Shown piece by piece: positions 61,228 through 64,000 of a DNA stretch of 64,000 nt. Each line of letters opens with the position of its first letter. Position 1 is the stretch's first letter. The translations under genes and the position numbers were made by a program. The stretch comes from the human T2T-CHM13v2.0 reference genome, Homo sapiens, in the NCBI RefSeq assembly GCF_009914755.1, contig NC_060930.1; one strand, written 5' to 3'. Under the pieces are notes generated by a model, which was given only the letters and a program-made list of their open reading frames with translations, had not been told where the DNA came from and searched no databases.

Positions 61228-61485
61228 TTAACAAATGCTTCCATCGCACCACTATGTGCCAGACACTCTTCTAGGTGTTTTGCAGATATTAACTAAGGTA
61301 ATCCTCAGTACTATCCTATGGGAAAGGTATCATTCATTATCCTTACTGTATATGTATAAGAAAACTGAGAAACAAAGAAGGGTCAAAAATTCATCCAAGG
61401 TCACACAGATAGTAAGTAACAAAATCAGGATTAGAATACCGACTGTCTGGCTTCAGATTCCATTATATTGACCTCCGTATTATGT
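61228..61485 (-). mobile_element. MIR (near full length)
   Basis: 'gcaccactatgtgccagacact...aagaaaactgagaaacaaaga...ccaaggtcacacagatagtaagt'. Confidence 0.82.
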
Positions 61486-61849
61486 TATGCTGGACTAAAT
61501 GACATTTACATGTCAATAATTTATTGTGTGTAAAACACCTGGACAGTCTCAGCCATACTACTTCCCTGTACTTCCAAAATCTCTTTATCTTTTTGTCTCC
61601 TGAATTTTCATTTGGAAATCTAATTGAGAAAACTATCAAATGTAGTCACTCACTGGACCCCACAATTAGCTGAAAGCTGGGGATATTTTCAGACCTTGAA
61701 AAATGTGAACTTTAATGGGAGGTCCGTTAGGATAAGCAAATTTGGACATAGAAAGAGAGCGTAGTCTGCCAGGATCTATGAGATGACCCTAATTGATGGA
61801 GAGCCAACTGAGCTCTGGGATGATGGCACCTTCTGTTGAGATGATGATG

Positions 61850-62061
61850 ATTATTATTATTTTTAATGACACTAATACATAACAAGTACCAATCAGGTGC
61901 TAGATACTGTGATATATATATATGTGCTAGACACTGTGATATATATATATATATATATATACTTGTTATGTATTAGTATACTGTATATATACATATATAT
62001 ACACACACACACATACAAACACACAGAATAGTGCATTTTTCCAAAACTTGGTCATATATTC

Positions 62062-62104
<43 letters not shown>

Positions 62105-62255
62105 ATCTAATACTCATAACAACCTTCTGAAGAAGTGAAGCTTAAAATTTGATTCCGTGACTTGCCTGGAGTAACGCTACTAGTTAAGTTGCAAAACTGA
62201 GACTACAATTCAGGTTTGTCTTACTACAGAGCTTAAACTCTTAACCAGTCTGTCA
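61850..62255 (-). mobile_element. MIR split by (TA)n/(CA)n/(TG)18 repeats
   Basis: 'caggtgctagatactgtg' ... 'taatactcataacaacc...gtgacttgcctggag...actcttaacc'. Confidence 0.6.
62067..62103. repeat. (TG)18 microsatellite
   Basis: Direct reading. Confidence 0.97.
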
Positions 62256-62660
62256 TATCCAATTACGACTTTATAAAAATAGGCAAACTGGTAGAATTCC
62301 AGCTAAGGTTAGACTCACTGTTACCTATCCAGTGAAAACTTTAGGCGTGGTGAACCGAATAAAGAAAAATGGCCTGAGAGAGGAGCCACCTGGAAGGCGA
62401 CTGCCTTGTGTAAGTGGACCAAAACCTAGCGAAGAAGGCTTTGGAAATTTCTGCACCCTGGGGGCCGAGGACCAAGGGCATAAGGCCTTGTGATGCTCCT
62501 GAATGGAAGCACCACGGAACATGGCTAATGACAGGAAGCTGCAGTCTATGAAACTTAGTAGATTTTGGAAGCATAGCAAATGCCCCCATTCTTCGGAGCT
62601 AAACAAACTCAAATCTTAGAGAAGTTTGGTGTAGGGTTCAGTTAAAAGATGAATGAGTAC

Positions 62661-62978
<318 letters not shown>

Positions 62979-63689
62979 TCATTCACATGACTGGATCCAA
63001 GAGATGAATTACTGAAGCGGTCTTGAGAGGACAATTCTCAACTCATTTATGTTTTAATTAAGACCAAGAGAAACTAATCCCTTTAAGAGTTCTTGTGATT
63101 ATTTAAATCCCTCATCTTTGCATCCATGAAATTGAGTGCAGGAGAATGACTTGAAAAATAAAGAGATTTGTTCCTTTGTTTCTGAAAAGAAAAGGTAGGA
63201 GTAGGGAGAAAGTGGAAAAGAGAAAGCTAAACGGGAAGAGTTGGGGAGGAAAGACAAGAGGCAGAGAACAATCCAAGTAGAAGGAAAGCTGGTGATTGGT
63301 CAAGAGGCCAATGGGTTACTTCTCATGCACCTGCAGGAGAGAGAAAGAAAACGTGGTCCAAGAACAAAAATAGACGCTGGGAATTACTTTTGTATGCCTG
63401 GACACCTCCTCCATCCCAAAACTGATGGTGACTTACCAGTGGTCCCTGGGCATGGTGGGTGAAGGCTGAGGTGGGGGACACATAGCAACTGAAGATGGGG
63501 AAGGCCCATTTATCCCTATCATAGCGGTTTCCCTTTGTCACAAATGAGGATTTCAAGTTAAAATATAGAATCATGAGAGTTTGCATCCAGCTATTCATCA
63601 TGTTAAAGAGATAGTTTATGTCATATAAAATACAACCGTGCATTTTTCCAAAATCAGGTCATCATCATACACATACAAATCTTACGTAA

Positions 63690-63970
63690 AGATAAGCACT
63701 GTAAACAAATGTTGAATTCTAGTGAAACACTTCAGCAGGCACATCTTTAGGAGTGAAGTGTGCTGATGCCTGCAACTTACTTATAAGTGCATCAAAACAA
63801 TAAGATGGAGTGATGGGTGAATAGAGGGGTGGATAGTTGGATAGATACGTGACAAAACAAGCACAGTACACTGTTATTCATAGAGTCGAGGTGGTTTGTG
63901 TATGGGTGCTCACAATTTTTTAGCTTTTTTGTATGTTCACAAAAATGTATAATAAAATGTTGGGAAAAAA
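63690..63970 (+). mobile_element. L1ME3-type 3' end
   Basis: 'gtgaagtgtgctgatgcctgcaacttactt...gatggagtgatgggtg...tatgggtgctcac...ataataaaatgttggg'. Confidence 0.7.
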
Positions 63971-64000
63971 TCTTACTAGAGATAAGAGGTTATTTAAAAA

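Noticed and set aside
62383-62400. CTCF-like gccacctggaaggcg
   Set aside because: Spacing and core mismatches relative to CCASYAGRKGGC are too many.

Overview
Primate (human/ape-like) non-coding DNA. I find no supportable protein-coding exon, processed pseudogene, rRNA, tRNA, snRNA or CRISPR array. The supplied ORFs are mostly Alu, LTR, L1 or microsatellite read-throughs, or chance frames. About 46 Alu elements or fragments (J, S and Y types, roughly 20% of the window, both orientations) lie over an older layer of L2, MIR, L1M, a CR1 (Plat_L3-like) remnant, hAT DNA transposons (MER20, MER45B, MER117, MER5A) and MaLR LTRs. There are also four ERV1-class solo LTRs with visible 4-bp target-site duplications (TSDs): MER61-, LTR28-, MER57- and LTR1B-like. 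The mixed LTR orientation suggests intergenic rather than intronic DNA (inference). The most striking structure is a ~1 kb TA-rich block at the start holding a spacer-less 94-bp perfect palindrome (925-1018). Other candidates are an LTR28-like solo LTR that keeps CCAAT/TATA but has lost its poly(A) signal, and several repeat-free, CpG-retaining, motif-dense segments that look like enhancers or promoters. Repeat family and subfamily names come from recalled consensus sequences, not a database search, and boundaries of old repeats are approximate. I cannot identify the chromosomal locus, and I see no evidence of a new gene system.
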